Shown one piece after another: positions 59,784-64,000 of a stretch of DNA of 64,000 bases (its first letter is position 1; every line of letters begins with the position of its first letter). The translations under genes were made by a program, and so were the position numbers. The stretch spans positions 1,461,745 to 1,525,744 of the forward strand of contig CAJFCJ010000006.1 of NCBI GenBank assembly GCA_904063045.1. Direction: 5' to 3'. The DNA comes from Dimorphilus gyrociliatus (Eukaryota; Animalia; Annelida). The notes below the pieces were generated by a model. It was given only the letters and a program-made list of their open reading frames with translations, was not told the DNA's origin and did not search any database.

Positions 59784-61386
59784 ATGGGAGGCGAAAGTAG
59801 CAAGAGGTGTGCCAGTGTTGGTTCAGTAAGTTACACAAGCAGCGGTTGTGTTGATTTTCCGAATCATTTCCGAAAAGAGACAGAAGCTGTGGCATGGACC
59901 TTACTTCATCAGTGTTTGCTGGACAAATGGAAGGAAGGACATGCCGAAGCTGCTGGTTTTAACGAGGTTACTCTATCCTGCACAGGAGTCATAAATAAAG
60001 ATTGCTCAGATTCCTTCTGTGTTTCAAGGCAAGGTATTATCAACGTGTATAAGGACAGTTCCTTTTTCAGCTTCAGAAAGCGTTCAAAATTTGCTAAAAT
60101 GGCTGATCACTTTGAATACAATCACATTCCGGCACAGCTATCGTCCGTCCATCACTTGAGAGTGTTGTCCGTCCTTTGCTACCGTGAAAAATTGGTTGTC
60201 CTACACGTTTCAAGGGCAGGGCGCTCTCAATTAGGCCTACTAGATTTAAAGGCGAATAAATTCCTTGGCGTTTTCGCCCAATTAGCGCCTTCCTTCGAAC
60301 TGTCCAACAGGGACGTGAGAGCGTCTCTAAGTCCGGATTGCAGCCGCTTGCTGGTTCTAGTTGCGCGTCCTGTTAGGGAACTTCAATTATACGATACGAC
60401 CAAGAAAATGCTCGTTGCTCAAATGGGTATTTCTGGCCCCTCGCACTTCTCTTTCGATCCAAGATTTGGTTGGACCCGAGCGGCGATTACATCATTTGCT
60501 GAACCCAATAATTTAACTGTTCTTAATTTAAGGAATTGTAAAGTGTTAGCCTCGAACAGCAGGTTCTCAGACGATAACCTCGAGCCCAAGGATACTCGTC
60601 AAATACGTCATACACCGGATGGTAGTCTACTTATCGTTAGTATGGTTCAGTCATCATGCGCTTGCGACGGTTCCGCCCGTCGGGCTAATATCTACGTATT
60701 TTGTTCGACAACTGCAATTACCCTGCACTGCGTTCTCTACGATCGATATACCTGCGCTGTGTGAGAATTTCTTTTTTTCTTTTTATCGCCTATTCATATT
60801 TTTAAGTTTCTAGGAAAAAAAAAGAAAAAAAAAACAGACGGCTTAAGTTAAAAAGTTAATTCAATTTTTATCAAGTATTTCTTGTTTCAGTCATGCCTGC
60901 CCTGTCAATTACACGCCAGTCTTTAGTAATTGCGGAAGTAGAATGGCCCTTGTTATGAATATGTGCGGTGTAAAGAACCAGCATTACGTTCAAGTAAGTT
61001 TATTATAATTATTATTATTATTATTATATGATTAAACCTTCTGTTCATTTTATTTATAATGTTTATGATTCATAAATTTATGTATATTGATAAAAATTAT
61101 AAATAACACTGTATACTGTATACTGTATATATATATATATATTTATTTATATATATCATTATACTTTATTTATGAAAGAAACGTAATAACGTGAAAAAAA
61201 ATCTATACAATTAACTTATAAAACGTCCTTTTATAAAAATAATAACAGGTTTACAAACTGCCAACATTCGCCAATTTGCAGCATTTTTGCCGAACAGTAA
61301 TTCTACAAAGTTATGTCGATGTGACAAATTTACCTCTACCGCAAAAGATTATCGATTTCCTTCAATTTCAACCAGAATTCGAATAG
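59784..61386 (+). CDS. Beta-propeller-like protein with C-terminal SOCS box; exons 59784-60760, 60891-60993, 61249-61386
   Basis: Beta-strand repeats (LSPDCSRLLVLV, FSFDPRFG, HTPDGSLLIV, PVFSNCGSRMALV). The last exon LQHFCRTVIL...LPLPQKIIDFLQF is a canonical SOCS box. The N-terminus is MGGESS. Confidence 0.8.
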
Positions 61387-61568
61387 AAAAATGTTCATCG
61401 TTATCTAATCTATTTGAGATTTTTTATTATATATATTTTTTTAGTGTGAAAAACAATAACAACAAGTCAAAAAATAACAAAAAAAACCTTTTACGTGTGT
61501 TGTTTATGGTGCTATATACATTTTTTTCTCGTCTTTGATTATGATTTTAACTTGAAACAAGCAGTTTT

Positions 61569-61611
<43 letters not shown>

Positions 61612-61965
61612 AATATTATTATCATCATTATTATTGATATTATTACCAATAATACTTAATCTTTACCTGAAAGGAAAGTGAAAAAATAAAAGATGATAAG
61701 GATAAAATATAAATGAGAAAATAAGATTACAAGTGTCTTATTAATTCTTGTCAGCTTATACTTTATTTTTAAAGTTCATTTCTGCTTTCAATCTATTAAA
61801 AAATATTGTTTTTAAAAAGTCATTGTCCTAATCTGGTTTTGCTATTAGGCAAACTATGTTCTTATTTAAATTGTTCTATAAATATAAAGAAATTGTATAA
61901 AACTTAAATAAAAAGAAGTGAGAACTAAGTAAAAAGTTGTAAGAGGAAGAGAAAGAACGGAGAGG

Positions 61966-61968
<3 letters not shown>

Positions 61969-62004
<36 letters not shown>
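61969..62004. repeat. (GA)n microsatellite, representative of several (e.g. about 33205-33222, 42107-42130, 43018-43052, 53480-53503, 54886-54917)
   Basis: Directly visible. Confidence 0.95.
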
Positions 62005-62009
<5 letters not shown>

Positions 62010-64000
62010 AAGAGAGGGAGAGAAAGAAAGAGGAAGATCAATATTTGTTTGAATATATTTATTTATACAGTAATATATAGGCCTATTTATGGAATGCTTC
62101 CATTCTGGATGTACTATCTACAGTATAATACGTATACTGCCTACCTTATATACGCGATACGTTAATGTTTTTGGCCAAGAACAAAAAACAACAGCAACCC
62201 AAAAAAAAAAAAAAAATAGTCCTACTTTTTTTATTTTGAGATAGTAATTAGTCTTTAACATTAAAAGAAATAGGCTTATATCTCGTCGTATCTCTCTTTT
62301 GCGTGATTTTCTAAGATTATATTATTCTTTTCATGTCAATTTATCTTCCATCCTTCTAGTTAATCTTGGGATAGATTCACTCAAGATTTGCATTAATTCT
62401 ACCCTTTCTCATTGGCAAATAAGGCATAAAAAGGTTTACAGTTGGTATGCGAAGCTAGTAGATGCTTTCATACTTTTTTCTTTTCCCATTAAAGGAAAAT
62501 AAAGAAGAAGAGTCTAAAAATCCTTCCAAATTAATGCGTCAATTACTTGGAATCTTGGCTTTTCTTTTCTTATTTTTTTATCCTATATTTTTCTTTTTAT
62601 GGTTAAAATTTTCCACCTAAACACACGAAATAATTACTATCAATATATCAAAGAGAAGTAATTTCCCCGTACAAAGACTAAGTAGTGGTTATCCTATTTT
62701 TTTTTCTCTTGTTTTTTTCTCTGTGGTTGATTTTTTTTTTTTACAATATCATGACCTCTGCTTAATAATACAAAAAAAGATAACTTATATTCATACTATA
62801 ACGATCTATTTATTACCTAATAGCTAATTATATAATGTTTTCTTTTTAAAAAAAAAATGTTTGATTAAAAATTTTGATTATTGCTAAGACTTTTTTGAAG
62901 GTTATTATCAGGCACTTTTTTTCTTATTAGGCCTACCAATTTGTACTAATTACGTGTTAATAAAATGTATATATCTATGTTATTTTGATGGTTGATTACT
63001 AGCAAATTAACTTTATTTCCTAATTATTTGGTCGGAAAATCTAAAGATTTTTCATATAGCATTCGTTTGTTTCCTCTCTTCTCCTACCACTTTTCCTGTT
63101 TTTCCCAGAATTGTATTTTTTGTTTTTGGATTTTTTCCCTTCTCTCTTTCTCTCTCTCTCTCTTTCTCTTCTCTCCATCATTCTTCATTCTTCTTGTGTA
63201 TAATATCTAAACTGTAAACAAATGTTTCTCGTTACTAAGGAAATCAAGGCCAAATTAAATCCGTTCATCCCTCTAATACTTTCGGGCTTATCTCACATAA
63301 AGCATGCAGAGAAAAGAGCTAGGGTGAGAGGTTTATAAGTGAAAATCAAAAGAAAAATAAGTGGAAGGTGACAAATAAACATATATTCTATTAGAATAAA
63401 GAAATGTACTTGTTTGGAATTATAACTTACTAATTATGGTAAATATAAGAAATCTGGAATGAGTGTATTCATTTAGGTACTCAGTAGGAAATATGTAGAA
63501 GTAAAATTAGAATTTGATGGATAAAGGAGAGGAATGAGAGAGAGAGAGAGGAGATTTTATAGACAATGTTTTTGTTTAACAAAAAACAAGCTAATTAAGC
63601 CTACTTTATTCTCTTTTCGATAATATAATTTAGGCTTACATTATATCGAGTATATTTATTTTTTTTAAGCGACCATAACAAAGAAAGTGTTCTAGAAAAA
63701 CACATAAGTTACACTGTAACAGTATTATTCATATAGTATTTATTTAATACAAGAAATAGATGGCGTTCGAGTACAATCTGTTACTTATTTAGAATTATTA
63801 TAAACAGCGCAAAACTATACAAAGTATTGTTTGTAGTTGAATATAATATTACATACTCTATTTTAAAATTAAATGATGGAATAATAAAACATTTTTTTTA
63901 AAAAAAAAAGAAGATAAAGATAAAATAAATTGCATTTTTTTCGTTTGATATTCAATATGGTGGTTGTTTTAAAATAGAAAGTATCTAAATGTCAATTTTA

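Larger units (their letters stand above)
6889..61129. repeat. Dispersed TATAC[A/T]GTATA motif embedded in (TA)n microsatellites (at least 14 copies); putative Tc1/mariner footprints
   Basis: Copies start at 6899, 6908, 20906, 30831, 32653, 36391, 41350, 42370, 43229, 43608, 44666, 54086, 61112 and 61119. Confidence 0.75.

Noticed and set aside
63222-63323. Possible first exon MFLVTKEIKAKL...KRAR|GTGAG
   Set aside because: No downstream exon or homology within the window supports it.
1-64000. tRNA, rRNA, CRISPR arrays, transposase or reverse-transcriptase ORFs
   Set aside because: None were recognised by eye. A tRNAscan/Infernal/RepeatModeler run would be needed to exclude short or degenerate cases.

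Overview
AT-rich, gene-dense animal genomic DNA with very short GT-AG introns (about 45-90 nt). The gene content suggests a compact bilaterian invertebrate, probably a spiralian or annelid; this is inference. No prokaryotic, CRISPR, rRNA or tRNA features were seen. Left to right the window holds: a divergent ionotropic glutamate receptor-like gene (-, runs off the left edge); a PAN/hemopexin secreted protein; an M13 neprilysin; NAA35 head-to-head with MED17; an unresolved minus-strand gene; a coiled-coil gene whose GC-rich intron hides two tandem miR-29-family hairpins; a hypothetical gene; a sarcospan orthologue; an intronless divergent class A GPCR; a second, ATD-less ionotropic receptor lying tail-to-tail (8 nt apart) with a PLEKHG5/Syx-like RhoGEF; a GnRH/AKH-type receptor; a Piccolo-like active-zone scaffold (Zn finger, polyQ/QHP, PDZ, C2A, C2B); a small orphan head-to-head with CCDC50; and a myristoylation-motif beta-propeller/SOCS-box protein. 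The most striking non-genic signal is at least 14 copies of TATAC[A/T]GTATA inside (TA)n tracts, plus CCG variants. This matches the TA-CAG-TA / TA-CTG-TA excision footprint of Tc1/mariner transposons, yet no transposon is visible in the window. Exon models were assembled by hand from splice signals and reading phase.
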